NCBI GenBank assembly: GCA_964417635.1
Contig: CAYQIY010000005.1
Coordinates: forward strand, 80,681-144,680
Origin: an uncultured Pseudomonadota bacterium
GTDB lineage: Bacteria > Bacillota > Sulfobacillia > JAUYEF01
DNA: 64,000 nt
Direction: 5' to 3'
Shown here: in pieces, positions 1 through 10,078 of the stretch
Layout of the letters: each line of letters starts with the position of its first letter
Position numbering within the stretch: the stretch's first letter is position 1
Notes under the pieces: generated by a model
The model's database searches: none
The model's input: only the letters and a program-made list of their open reading frames with translations
What the model was told of the DNA's origin: nothing
Program-made: the position numbers and the translations under genes

Positions 1-65
1 TGCAGCAGACCAGGGCGGGAGGCCGGTCTTGTAGGCATTTGACAGTGGGCAGGAGGAGCGAACAA

Positions 66-3000
66 ATGAAAGTACGGACTGATAGGATACGGGTATGTGC
101 TGTGCTGATTGCCTGCGCGTTGCTGGTGTCGGTTGCGCCGGCCCGCGCGGCATATGAGGGTGACCAGTACATCAAGGTGAGCACGTCGGTATCCGGAGTC
201 GAGATTATCGAGGCAGGAGAATCCTGCGAAGTCTTGGTCAGCCTCACCGGAGATGAGTTCTCGCTAGACCCAGAACTCGTCGACCCAGACCATGTGCGCA
301 GCAAGAGCATTGTGCTTGTGCTGGACATATCGGGCAGCATGAGCCAGAGAATTGACGGTGTAAAGACCCGGCTCGATGTGTTGAAAGAGAGCACCATAGA
401 GTTCGTGCAAGGTATGGCCGGTACCAACACCAGTATCGCGGTTGTGGCGTATCACACGCATGCCAATGAACTGACTCCGCTTCTTACGATGACAGAGCCG
501 TCCAATGTCTCGTATCTTACGAACTTCATCTCCAACCTGAGGTACCTGAATATGACGAATATCGGAGATGGCATGAGGCGGGCGTACTGGCGGCTGATGG
601 GGGCGGATCCTGACTCGGCTAAGTATGCGATCGTCATGACAGACGGCGAACCGAACTACTATACTACTTTGATTTCATCCCGAACAGGTCCGTTTAAGAT
701 GGATGACGGAAATGCTCAGTATACCTTCAGTGACGTGGCACGATCAGTGCAATATGCTTCAGCTTTCGGTGCTCTGTTGGTTGAAGAGCAAGTCAAGTCA
801 TATTTCATCGGGCTGACAACCACGCACTCCGCGAATTTCCAGCAGATTGCGGTCTCGGCTGGTGCCGAAGAAGTACAAGAGGGCGTCAACTATTACAGGG
901 TAGTGACGGCTGAAGAAGTGGACTACGTGTTTAACGATATTCTCGCGGCTTCGATATCTTCTTTCCTCCCGGTTACGGTTGCAGTCGAACAGGTCTTGCC
1001 GCACGGAATCGTTCCCGTGAGCGTTCCGCAGGGTTTTGCCACATCTCTGCTCGCTGACGGCAGGTACATGGTCTCAGGTACTGTGCCTAACATGGGCCTT
1101 CAGAAGAACGAACAGACAGAGATTTACAGCATTACCCCGTGGCAAGGGGTCATAGGTGTGATGTGCGAGAGCACCGGTGTTAAAGACTTTCCAAACGCTA
1201 TGGTGGCGTATACCGACCCGTTCGGCAACGATAAGGTAGCATCTGTCGTGAGCGCTCTCTCTCTTACGGTTGTGGACACGACTGCTCCAACCATTCCTTT
1301 AGCACCGGAGGTCGTCACAAACGACGGCGACCGAGTGCTTATTGGCTGGACGACTTCGTATGACTTCGTCGGAGTCGAGGGTTACGAGGTGCTGCGAGAC
1401 GGGCTGCCGGTGTGGTCGGGGCCCAACACCTCATTTGAAGATGGGAACATCACCCAGGGGGTAAGCTATTCGTACAGTGTGAGAGCGTTTGATGCTTCGG
1501 GTAACGTTTCCACAGAAAGCGAGAGCGTGTTGGTCAGCGTGCCTGATACTACTGCGCCTTCGGTACCCACAAACCTGGCGGTTACTGCCAAGACATCCAC
1601 GAGCATCGCGCTGCTGTGGGATGAGAGTTCAGACAATGTGGCTGTAACAGGCTATACAGTGTACCGAGACGGGCTGCCGCTAGCGTCGATAGGAGGCACT
1701 ACGTATACAGACGACGGGCTCGCAACCGGCGTTGAATACATCTACACGGTAGCTGCCTTCGACGCCGCAGGTAACGAATCTGTGCATAGTGTACCGCTTG
1801 CTGTAAGCACGAACTCGGCGCCTGTCGCCGATGCGGGCGAAGACATAGTCGTAGAGGCTACCTCAAGCAGCGGAGCCGTGGTGCTGCTCGATGCAGCCAA
1901 ATCATACGACCCCGATGGTGACGCGCTCACGTTCTTGTGGACGGGAGTGTTTGGTGCGTCCACCCAAGCCAGATTCGAAGTAGAGATGCCTCTTGGAACG
2001 CACACAATCGTGCTGAGCGTAAGCGATGGACTGCTAGATGCTACAGATAGCGTGCTGGTGTGTGTGCAAGACACCACGCCGCCCGAACTGACAGTGCCGG
2101 GCGATGTGCTTGTTGAAGCCACAGGTGTCGACACCGAAGCAGAGCTAGGCACGGCTGAAGCAGTTGACCTGTTCGCAGTGACGCTGCAAAACGATGCGCC
2201 GTCCGCGTTTGGATTAGGCACCACGACTGTCACTTGGACGGCGACGGACGCAAATGGCAATTGGGTGGCCAAGACACAACTGGTTACGGTGCAGGATACC
2301 ACCCCACCGAATCTGACCGTGCCGCAAGACGTCACGCTCGAGGCCACAGCGCTGCAGATGGCTGTAGACATCGGTGAGGCGACTGCCTCGGACATCTTTG
2401 CGGTGACTATAACGCACGATGCTCCTGTGGTGTTCGAACTAGGAACGACCAGCGTCACATGGGTGGCAACTGACGCAAACGGTAATTTCTCAAGCGCAGT
2501 GCAGCTCGTTACCATTACAGACACAACTCCGCCCGAGCTCATACCTCCTGCAGACGTTGAAGTTGAGGCAACTCAGGTCATGACGCCCGTAGACATAGGT
2601 TTTGCCGACGCAAGCGATATCTTTCTAGCCGATGTGCATTGCGATGCTCCGGCGGCCTACCCGCTCGGCCAGACTGTTGTAACCTGGACGGCAGTCGACA
2701 CAAGCGGTAACTCGACGAGTCGTACTCAGGCAGTGCGTGTCATCGACACGACGCCACCAGTGCTTTCGGTGCCCGCTGACCTGTCATGCGAAGCCACAGC
2801 GCTTCTGACAGGGGTTAATCTTGGCCAGCCGATAGCGGTGGACATATTTGACGTAATAATCACCAACGACGCGCCTCTAGCCGGCTTTGAACTTGGCACC
2901 ACAACGGTTACATGGGTTGCGCAAGACACAAGCGGAAACAGTTGTAGCGGAACGCAGCTGGTCACAATCGTAGACACTACACCTCCTTCACTAACAGTGC

Positions 3001-4028
3001 CCTCGGATCCGATGGCTGAAGCCAACGCTGTGATGAGTGTCGTGTACATCGGAGAACCCATTGTGCACGACATATTCGGCGCCAGTGTTACGAACGATGC
3101 GCCTGACTACTATCCGCTTGGAACGACGTACGTGACGTGGACTGCGGTAGACCCGAACGGCAACTCGTCAAGTGCGGTGCAGCCGGTGACCGTTCTTGAT
3201 ACCACACCGCCTATCCTCAACTTACCGCCGGATATTCTGATTGAGGCTACGGCTGTACGCTCGATTATGGACATCGGTGAAGCCAGCGCATCAGACATTT
3301 TCGATGTGACGCTCTCGAACGATGCTCCGGACGACTTCGGCATCGGCGTTACGCTGGTTACGTGGAAGGCAGAAGATTCGAACGGCAATGTGACGTTGGG
3401 CACCCAAAGAGTTGAAGTGCGAGACACCACTGCTCCAGTGCTCAATGTGCCGCAGGACGTAGTTGCTGTAGCAACAGGAGAGTACACCTACGTTGGTATA
3501 GGCCAAGCGACTGCTACAGATATTTTCCCAGTGACTGTGCAAAATGATGCACCCGTAGTCTTTGGCGTGGGAACGACCACAGTCACATGGACGGCAACTG
3601 ACGCAAACGGTAATGTATCAGTCGGAGTTCAGTTTGTGACTGTTGAAATGCTGAATGCAACTGTTGACCTGGATCCAAACGTGCTGAACCTGCAGAGCAA
3701 GGGTAGTGAGGTATCGATTACTTGTTACGTCGAGCTGCCGAGCGGATACGATGTGTCGCTAGTCGATGTCAACACAGTCGTGCTTGTAATTGGGGACATC
3801 GAAATAGCAGCTCAGAAGAACCCGACGGCACGAGGAGATAATGACCGGGACGGCATCCCAGATCGCATGTTCAAGTTTGATCGTTCACAGGTGACTGCTG
3901 CCATAGAGACTGTCGGCGACGGCACTTGTGTGGTAACGGTCAAAGGAGTGCTCTCAAACGGGTATCTGTTCACCGGTCAGGATAGCATTCGTGTTATTGC
4001 CCCACCGGCACCCAAGAAACCCAGGTAA
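66..4028 (+). CDS. Large secreted modular surface protein: signal peptide, vWA domain, 2x fibronectin type III, PKD-like domain, 7x HYR-like repeats, C-terminal DxDxDG-containing domain
   Basis: ATG at 66 follows AGGAGGAG (51-58); hydrophobic signal peptide ending ARA-A; MIDAS elements DISGS...T...TDG; FN3 motifs (W..S.D.VGV.GY...Y.Y.V.AFD..GN); repeated DTTPP...VTW.A.D..GN units; C-terminal [10 protein letters not shown]. Confidence 0.85.
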   Translation: MKVRTDRIRVCAVLIACALLVSVAPARAAYEGDQYIKVSTSVSGVEIIEAGESCEVLVSLTGDEFSLDPELVDPDHVRSKSIVLVLDISGSMSQRIDGVKTRLDVLKESTIEFVQGMAGTNTSIAVVAYHTHANELTPLLTMTEPSNVSYLTNFISNLRYLNMTNIGDGMRRAYWRLMGADPDSAKYAIVMTDGEPNYYTTLISSRTGPFKMDDGNAQYTFSDVARSVQYASAFGALLVEEQVKSYFIGLTTTHSANFQQIAVSAGAEEVQEGVNYYRVVTAEEVDYVFNDILAASISSFLPVTVAVEQVLPHGIVPVSVPQGFATSLLADGRYMVSGTVPNMGLQKNEQTEIYSITPWQGVIGVMCESTGVKDFPNAMVAYTDPFGNDKVASVVSALSLTVVDTTAPTIPLAPEVVTNDGDRVLIGWTTSYDFVGVEGYEVLRDGLPVWSGPNTSFEDGNITQGVSYSYSVRAFDASGNVSTESESVLVSVPDTTAPSVPTNLAVTAKTSTSIALLWDESSDNVAVTGYTVYRDGLPLASIGGTTYTDDGLATGVEYIYTVAAFDAAGNESVHSVPLAVSTNSAPVADAGEDIVVEATSSSGAVVLLDAAKSYDPDGDALTFLWTGVFGASTQARFEVEMPLGTHTIVLSVSDGLLDATDSVLVCVQDTTPPELTVPGDVLVEATGVDTEAELGTAEAVDLFAVTLQNDAPSAFGLGTTTVTWTATDANGNWVAKTQLVTVQDTTPPNLTVPQDVTLEATALQMAVDIGEATASDIFAVTITHDAPVVFELGTTSVTWVATDANGNFSSAVQLVTITDTTPPELIPPADVEVEATQVMTPVDIGFADASDIFLADVHCDAPAAYPLGQTVVTWTAVDTSGNSTSRTQAVRVIDTTPPVLSVPADLSCEATALLTGVNLGQPIAVDIFDVIITNDAPLAGFELGTTTVTWVAQDTSGNSCSGTQLVTIVDTTPPSLTVPSDPMAEANAVMSVVYIGEPIVHDIFGASVTNDAPDYYPLGTTYVTWTAVDPNGNSSSAVQPVTVLDTTPPILNLPPDILIEATAVRSIMDIGEASASDIFDVTLSNDAPDDFGIGVTLVTWKAEDSNGNVTLGTQRVEVRDTTAPVLNVPQDVVAVATGEYTYVGIGQATATDIFPVTVQNDAPVVFGVGTTTVTWTATDANGNVSVGVQFVTVEMLNATVDLDPNVLNLQSKGSEVSITCYVELPSGYDVSLVDVNTVVLVIGDIEIAAQKNPTARGDNDRDGIPDRMFKFDRSQVTAAIETVGDGTCVVTVKGVLSNGYLFTGQDSIRVIAPPAPKKPR
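2070..3647 (+). repeat. Seven tandem HYR-like coding repeats of about 75 aa (225 nt)
   Basis: DTT(P/A)P units start at 2070, 2295, 2520, 2745, 2973, 3198 and 3423 (spacing 225 nt, once 228). Confidence 0.9.
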
Positions 4029-4050
4029 GCACTTAGCGGAGATTCTTTGG

Positions 4051-4091
4051 CACATCCGGCGAGTGGGTTTTCCCGCTCGCCGGATGTGTTG
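4051..4091 (+). terminator. Probable intrinsic terminator
   Basis: CACATCCGGCGAGTGGG-TTTT-CCCGCTCGCCGGATGTG: 17-bp stem with one G-U pair, just after the stop at 4028. Confidence 0.7.
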
Positions 4092-4331
4092 TATCACAGA
4101 GCAGGTAGGCGCTATCCAGACAGGCTAATCAGGTGGCTACAGCGTGTAGCACGTTGCAGTGTCTGGCGATGAGCCAGGCGCTCTTTTGGATTTGCGTGGT
4201 CGAAGCGACCAGGCTAACAGAATGTCATTTTTCATTGAGATACGCATACAAAACATGAAGATGCAAGAAGGAATTATCCAGTAGTTGGTGTAACAGCGTT
4301 GAATACGTACCAAGCAAAAGGTGAGCGCACG

Positions 4332-5681
4332 ATGAACAGGAGCCGTGAGACCCATGGCGCAGCTGCGCCCCCCGCATGGCTTGTGGGTATCGCGGCAGGC
4401 GCATTGTTTGGACTTATATCAGCGTTTCCATTTCACCCTCCGTTCTTGGAAGAGGCATACGGTTACGTTCTTGTGGCCGGGTTTTTGGGTTCGGCTCTTG
4501 TATGCGGTTTAAGCAGATTTGCGATGCTGGGTGATGTATCCTCTGATGCTCTATCATTGCTATTGCTTGTGGCCCTCATGTGTGGCATGTTCGGGCTTCC
4601 TCACTTGTATCGGCTAGTGCTATTTGCCGCAGCAGGCGTTTTGATTGGTCATCTTACCATGCGCATTGGTTGGTTTTTTTCAGTTATCCAAAGACCTGAG
4701 GTATGCGTTGCGTTTGCGCTCTTGGTACACCAGGCGCTATATCTGAGTAGCACTCTTGTAGTACGGTTCTACGGCGCCTATTGGCAGGTTCCCGTGTTGG
4801 TGGCCGGGCTCGTAGGGTTTGCTGGGATCAAGACACTAGGAAGATGCAAAGGTAAGACTGATACCCTCAGTGAGCCTGCGCTTGCAAGAGAAGGCTTGGT
4901 GCGCCAGCGCAGAGCGCTTATTGCGCTCGGTGTGGTTGCGCTTCTGGGTTCTCTGGCAGATAGCACTGTGTATTGGGGGGCGGCGACGCCGGGGGGCTTT
5001 TCGACGTTGACGCTGACTTCTCAGTCGTTGTGCTATGTGTTCGCGGGAGCTGCCTCTGCGTTTTGGGTCTACCACTCAGGACACTTGGGTTTGGCCACAT
5101 TTTCTCTAAGTGTGTTGGGGTTAGGGTTTGCCGTCCGGCTACTCGGTGCCCAACTGCCGTTTGCGTGGAGCGCTGGCTCGTATCTGCTGAGCATCGGGCT
5201 TGCTGGTACCGACATGTTCTACTGGGTTTCGGTGTGCTTACTGGCTAGGCAATTCGGCGCTCGACGCACATTGGGCGTTGCTCTGGGAGTATATGTAGGC
5301 TGCATAATTGCCTCAAGTGTGTTCGTCAATGCTGGATTTGGGTCTGGGGCTGGAAACGCGGTGGCAGACATTGTGGTTATTGCAGCGCTGTTCCTTTCGA
5401 TACCTTATGTGTTAAATCACGTGGGTGCAACACATGATACCTACACTGAGATTGCCGAGCCAGCTCCCAAACCTGTTGTATCGCTGTTTGCCAAGCCGTT
5501 AACTCCGGCTGAAAACCGCGTGTTCGATCTCTTGTGCCTCGGGAAGAGTGACCCGGAGATCGCTAGAAGCCTTACAATCTCTCGAAGCACGGTGAAGTTT
5601 CATGTGCGGAACATACTGCGAAAAGCTGGAGTGGACAGCCGCAAGAGGCTGCTCGCCGAGATAGTGCACAAAAACACTTAG
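4332..5681 (+). CDS. Polytopic membrane protein with C-terminal LuxR-type HTH (transmembrane one-component regulator)
   Basis: About 11-12 hydrophobic segments, then LTPAENRVFDLLCLGKSDPEIARSLTISRSTVKFHVRNILRK (LuxR/GerE HTH); ATG 4332 follows AAAGGTGAG. Confidence 0.85.
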   Translation: MNRSRETHGAAAPPAWLVGIAAGALFGLISAFPFHPPFLEEAYGYVLVAGFLGSALVCGLSRFAMLGDVSSDALSLLLLVALMCGMFGLPHLYRLVLFAAAGVLIGHLTMRIGWFFSVIQRPEVCVAFALLVHQALYLSSTLVVRFYGAYWQVPVLVAGLVGFAGIKTLGRCKGKTDTLSEPALAREGLVRQRRALIALGVVALLGSLADSTVYWGAATPGGFSTLTLTSQSLCYVFAGAASAFWVYHSGHLGLATFSLSVLGLGFAVRLLGAQLPFAWSAGSYLLSIGLAGTDMFYWVSVCLLARQFGARRTLGVALGVYVGCIIASSVFVNAGFGSGAGNAVADIVVIAALFLSIPYVLNHVGATHDTYTEIAEPAPKPVVSLFAKPLTPAENRVFDLLCLGKSDPEIARSLTISRSTVKFHVRNILRKAGVDSRKRLLAEIVHKNT

Positions 5682-5691
5682 CGCACACGCA

Positions 5692-7527
5692 TTAGTCGTG
5701 AAATCCTAACAGGCCCAGGTTTCGTCCGGCGAGTACCATGTCGTACAGATCTATCACTCCGTCTGCGTTGAGGTCAAACGATGGGTCGTAGCCAGCGCAG
5801 CCAAACTGCTGCTTGTACGCAGTTGCGAGCAGCGCGAGGTCTCTTGTGTCAACAACGTTATTCCCGTCAATATCTCCTGCTGGCAGTATCATTTCTGCGA
5901 AACTCAAATAGTGTGGCCCTCTGACCCAGTGTGGGATGCTCAGCGCTTGCTTCAGAAAGCCCGGGTGGTGCGCCACGACCCATTCACCTGCCCTGACGCC
6001 CGAGAGCGCGTAGGTGCCATCAAGAGACGGGTGTAACTGAGTCGGGGCTTCTGATATCCATATGCTCAAATCTTGAGGCGCTTTTCCACCCTGCAACGAG
6101 ACAGTACCATCCGCGCTCGAAAACGTGCGTCTCAAGTAGTACACATGCTGCAGACTGTTAGGTATCTCCTTGAACGCGTGTGCTGCCCAACCTAGCACCG
6201 GTCCGCCCGGCAGCATTACGTTGTACCATCTGCAGCGTGTGGCTGTATGAGGGCCCTGCAGCGCGACCACCTGCGTTCCTGCCGGTAGGCTGCCTAGCAC
6301 TTCGAATACCATGCCGGGCTGCTGGCGAATACGCAGTTCTGTCGTGTTGAACACGCTTAACACCGTTCCTGTGTAAAGCGGCCTGAGCGATGCGTTGGTC
6401 TTGCCGGGCAGTGCAAACACGTCTTGGGCTTGGGGAAGCGAAGCCGAAAACGATGAGGCCGGAGGCCGCTTCATATCTTGGCCAAAGCTTATCACGTAGT
6501 CAATGACCTTATCCTGATACGTTCTCACACCCGGAGCCACGTATCCAGGGTTATTCGATTGCGCCCAGCCGTTATACGCCCAGATGGCGAAATACCACGA
6601 TTCAAGAATGTCGTCGTCCATGTTTATCTGAGTAAGGCAGTACGGCTCGCTAAACCAGGGAATGACGTAGCCCGTATACATTTTCTTATCCAGCAGAATC
6701 CTAACGCCTGCTTCAATGTTGAACTCAAGGTCTTCAAGCCTGCTGATTTCCTCGTATGTGAACAGATTGGTATCGGGCATGACCTGCATCAGCCCTATTT
6801 CACCCGACGAGCCTCTTATGACAGAGCCGTCCGTTGTCCAGTGCCTACCGCCGCTTTCGACAAGAGCAATGGCCTTAACGATAACAGGGGGCACGTCGAA
6901 CTCCAGTGACTTTCGAGTTATGAGTTCATCGATAACGGGATCAATCTGGGCGAGAGGCATGCGCTGCACTTCAGCGGGTGAAACCAAGACGTGCGCATCA
7001 ACGTCTGAACTGAACTCGTAGCCATCCCATCGCCAAGTGGTGACAATCTTCTCGGCTGGTTGCAGCCAGGCCGAGTCTTTGCGGTAAGCTAGACGAGTCT
7101 CCACAAGCGTACCGTACCTAATGTCGAGCGTTCCATGCAAAGCGTCGTCTACTCGGATGAGACTCTCGAATCCGCTGTCGGTCGCTGCGACGAGCGCGTA
7201 GCCCATATAGCCGCCGCTGCCGGATAGCCGCCATGAGATAAGCACTTCGGTACGCAAGTCGTCTCTGAGGCGAACTAATTGTATGTCTTGGAGAGAGGCA
7301 AGCGGCACTTCCAACACGTACGGTTCAATCTCATCCGCCCAAACCAAGCTCACGCGAAACCCCGGGCCCAGATCGGGTATCACTTGAGTCTCGATGTAGA
7401 TGGGATTGCCGCCCAGCGATGTCAGGCGGGTATGTGTTGGCTGTGCGCCCACATCAAGTGCGGGTATGAGTAGAAACAGCACGAATGACACAATGCATAT
7501 GCGTATAAGACGTTCTCTCGGCTTCAT
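5692..7527 (-). CDS. Secreted lytic transglycosylase (SLT domain) with SH3-like domain and C-terminal dockerin
   Basis: Signal peptide; SLT motifs AIALVESG, GLMQV and WAYNG; SH3b-like LRIRQQPG...WYNV; duplicated dockerin Ca loops GDIDGNNVVDTRDL and DLNADGVIDLYDM. Confidence 0.8.
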   Translation of the reverse strand: MKPRERLIRICIVSFVLFLLIPALDVGAQPTHTRLTSLGGNPIYIETQVIPDLGPGFRVSLVWADEIEPYVLEVPLASLQDIQLVRLRDDLRTEVLISWRLSGSGGYMGYALVAATDSGFESLIRVDDALHGTLDIRYGTLVETRLAYRKDSAWLQPAEKIVTTWRWDGYEFSSDVDAHVLVSPAEVQRMPLAQIDPVIDELITRKSLEFDVPPVIVKAIALVESGGRHWTTDGSVIRGSSGEIGLMQVMPDTNLFTYEEISRLEDLEFNIEAGVRILLDKKMYTGYVIPWFSEPYCLTQINMDDDILESWYFAIWAYNGWAQSNNPGYVAPGVRTYQDKVIDYVISFGQDMKRPPASSFSASLPQAQDVFALPGKTNASLRPLYTGTVLSVFNTTELRIRQQPGMVFEVLGSLPAGTQVVALQGPHTATRCRWYNVMLPGGPVLGWAAHAFKEIPNSLQHVYYLRRTFSSADGTVSLQGGKAPQDLSIWISEAPTQLHPSLDGTYALSGVRAGEWVVAHHPGFLKQALSIPHWVRGPHYLSFAEMILPAGDIDGNNVVDTRDLALLATAYKQQFGCAGYDPSFDLNADGVIDLYDMVLAGRNLGLLGFHD

Positions 7528-7840
7528 GGCTTACTCCACGACCGTGCTGAGTTCAGGAGGCAGCATACCGTCCTGAAGTAGATTCGCTCTTGCTTCCTAG
7601 ATGCCACACTCGTTTTTCGACACATGCGCTGCGGATGCCTCTATGTACGTGAGGCAAACATGAACAGTGCGGAAGACTTACTCTGATGAGAACGGAGACG
7701 CTGCTCTACTATCCGATTTAGTTGACTGCGCTACGCTAACTCAGACGTTTGGTCTCTCAACAAGCAGCTGTCATGCAGTTTTTCTTTAATACTACAAATA
7801 TTGCAGCTATATCCTAATATATGTGCGAGATACGGCTTTC

Positions 7841-8008
7841 GGTCAGGGGACATTGTTCCCGGCTCGAAAAGCCCGGTGTCAGTTTTGGCCGGTTATTTGG
7901 GCCGATACCATATTGTAACTGTCGTTCGGGACCAGAAGGTTTGGGCAGATTGTCGCCGAAGCATAGACGGGTGAGCTTTCGTACGTGTTCTTTGCATAGC
8001 CCCAGACC
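7841..8008 (+). ncRNA. Candidate structured RNA of unassigned class (6S-like rod or cis-regulatory leader)
   Basis: Nested complementarity found by hand: 7841-7849/8000-8008, 7865-7872/7975-7981, 7882-7889/7955-7962, 7891-7899/7946-7954, 7902-7909/7938-7944; several G-U pairs favour the + strand; no known family consensus recognised. Confidence 0.3.
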
Positions 8009-8038
8009 TCTATTGTGTTGTAGTAGGAGAGAACCCGC

Positions 8039-9322
8039 ATGTCACAGCAATCAGCCGAGAATAACGCACCGGTCAACTCCGGCGCGATGCCTGTATATGA
8101 ATCGCTTAAGAACATTGGCTTTCGCATGCTATGGATCGGCACGTTGTTTTCGACAGCAGGCATGCAGATGAACATGGTCGCTCAATCATGGCTTGCGTAT
8201 GACCTAACTGGATCGGCGACAGTGCTTGGCCTTGTGGCGGGAGCGCGCGCGGTTCCGATGACCGCATTCTCGCTTCTGGGCGGCGTTGTCGCGGACAGGG
8301 TGAGAAAGAGGAACCTTCTCGTTGCCACTCAATCAGGTCTGGGGCTCTTGTCGCTTGCAGTTGCTATACTAGTGCACGCAAGACTGATACAGCCCTGGCA
8401 TCTTGTTGTTGCTGGTGCGCTTCAGGGCACTTTGTTTGCTTTCAACATGCCTGCCCGCCAAGCATTTATTCCTGAACTGGTCGGGCCAAAACTTCTGCCC
8501 AATGCGATTGCGATTCAGTCGACCGGGATGAACGTGAACAGAATTGGGGCACCTGCTGTGGCAGGCTTGCTGCTCGCCATAAACCCGATGCTGGCGTTTT
8601 ACTCAACGGCTGCGCTTTACTTGACAGGGGCGTTCAGCGTCTTTCGCTTGCCCCCGGGCGTGCCGGCGGCGGATAACGGAAGAAGCCCACTGGCAGATCT
8701 CAAGATAGGGCTTTCGTACATCTGGAACAATCAGATCATAAGAACGCTTCTCATAATGGCTTTTATACCGACGTTTTTGGGCATGCCGTTCATGCAGCTG
8801 CTTCCGGTGTTCCAAGCAGATGTGTTCGGCGTAGGGCCATCCGAATTGGGTGTCATGTATATGGCTGTTGGAATCGGTTCGCTTTCGAGTTCGCTGCTCG
8901 TGGCTGCGCTAACGCCGCACCCCAAGACAGGCTTTATGCAGATGGTAGCTGGAGTCTGCTTCGGGCTTGGTCTCGTCGGACTTGCGCTGTCACCTGGGTT
9001 CGTAGTTGGCCTCGTTGCGTTGTTTCTGGTGGGCCTTTTCAGCCAAGGCTACATGATAATAAACCAGATTTTGCTGATGACCAACATCGAAGGCGATATG
9101 TACGGCCGCGTCTCGAGCATCAGTCTCATAACATGGGCCATAAACCCTGCCGCACTGCTAGTGCTAGGTGCGTTTGTCGACAGGTTGGGCGCGCCTCCGG
9201 TGGTAACGGTTCAGGGATTGCTGCTTGCGGCCTTCATCTTCGGAATAGCTCTTGCGTATCCGAGAGTATGGAGGCAGCATGGGGCTCAGATTGCACAGAA
9301 GGCTCGAGTGGATAGCAGATGA
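8039..9322 (+). CDS. MFS transporter (DHA3/EntS-like)
   Basis: About 12 TM segments; motif A variant GGVVADRVRKR; FNMPARQA; RBS AGGAG upstream. Confidence 0.85.
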   Translation: MSQQSAENNAPVNSGAMPVYESLKNIGFRMLWIGTLFSTAGMQMNMVAQSWLAYDLTGSATVLGLVAGARAVPMTAFSLLGGVVADRVRKRNLLVATQSGLGLLSLAVAILVHARLIQPWHLVVAGALQGTLFAFNMPARQAFIPELVGPKLLPNAIAIQSTGMNVNRIGAPAVAGLLLAINPMLAFYSTAALYLTGAFSVFRLPPGVPAADNGRSPLADLKIGLSYIWNNQIIRTLLIMAFIPTFLGMPFMQLLPVFQADVFGVGPSELGVMYMAVGIGSLSSSLLVAALTPHPKTGFMQMVAGVCFGLGLVGLALSPGFVVGLVALFLVGLFSQGYMIINQILLMTNIEGDMYGRVSSISLITWAINPAALLVLGAFVDRLGAPPVVTVQGLLLAAFIFGIALAYPRVWRQHGAQIAQKARVDSR

Positions 9323-10026
9323 TTGCTAGGAGATACACAGTAAGGCAAAGCGGCAGGCTGAAGCGAGCTCGCATTGAGTTTCGAGAGGACGAAGGTTTGG
9401 TGGTCGCCGTTCCGATCGGATTTGACCTGGCGTTAGTGCCCCATCTTGTTGAATCGAATATTGAGCTGATTCGACGCGCGGCGCGCGAGCAGAATCGTCT
9501 CAGACTCAGGGAACGGCGCCTCGGGGAGTGTCTGCCGCACAGGATAGCGCTTACGGCCATAGATGAAGAGTGGCACGTGGAGTATCTGGCGGGCGGAGGC
9601 TCCGGAGTGGTGCTGTGCGAGCACAGATTCGGACTCGCAGTGCACGGCGAGACGCGCTCTTCTATGTGTTGTGCGAAGGCGCTGGAGAAATGGCTCAAGA
9701 AGAAGAGCCATAAGCACCTTGTTCCGCGGCTTAACCAGATTGCCGAGCACTCAGGTTTCGGCCTCAACAAGGTATTCGTACGATCGCAGAAGAGCAGATG
9801 GGCGAGTTGCTCGGCTTTGGGGAACATCAGTTTGAATGTGAGACTCCTCTTTGTTAAGCCCGAACTTGTAGATCACGTCTTGCTTCACGAACTGTGCCAC
9901 ACCGTGCATCTAGACCACTCGCAGCAGTTCTGGGCGCTCGTTAGGAGGCACGATTCTGCTTACAAGCAGAAGGCCTGTGAACTTAAGCAAGCGTGGAAGA
10001 GACTTCCCGAATGGCTCAAGGTTTGA
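9319..10026 (+). CDS. YgjP/DUF45-like metal-dependent hydrolase
   Basis: QKSRWASCS...ISLN...VLLHELCH...HLDHS..FW signature (HExxH). Confidence 0.85.
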   Translation: MIARRYTVRQSGRLKRARIEFREDEGLVVAVPIGFDLALVPHLVESNIELIRRAAREQNRLRLRERRLGECLPHRIALTAIDEEWHVEYLAGGGSGVVLCEHRFGLAVHGETRSSMCCAKALEKWLKKKSHKHLVPRLNQIAEHSGFGLNKVFVRSQKSRWASCSALGNISLNVRLLFVKPELVDHVLLHELCHTVHLDHSQQFWALVRRHDSAYKQKACELKQAWKRLPEWLKV

Positions 10027-10032
10027 AGAGAG

Positions 10033-10061
10033 ACAACCCGCGCCGGTGGTGCGCGGGTTGT
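10033..10061. terminator. Hairpin between convergent genes, probable bidirectional terminator
   Basis: ACAACCCGCGC-N7-GCGCGGGTTGT, 11-bp perfect stem; weak U tail. Confidence 0.55.
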
Positions 10062-10078
10062 GCATTCTCGGTTCTCGG

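Noticed and set aside
1742-3542. Long minus-strand ORFs with repeated motifs (e.g. 1742-2542)
   Set aside because: Antisense shadows of the HYR repeats; no RBS or independent family signal.
4100-4225. Cluster of small hairpins and a repeated CAGGCTAA upstream of the LuxR gene
   Set aside because: Stems are only 5-6 bp and match no riboswitch I know; not distinguishable from chance by eye.
7951-7963. GTCGCCGAAGCA resembling part of a lysine riboswitch
   Set aside because: The other conserved elements (5' AGAGGNGC, kink-turn and 3' helices) are not seen.
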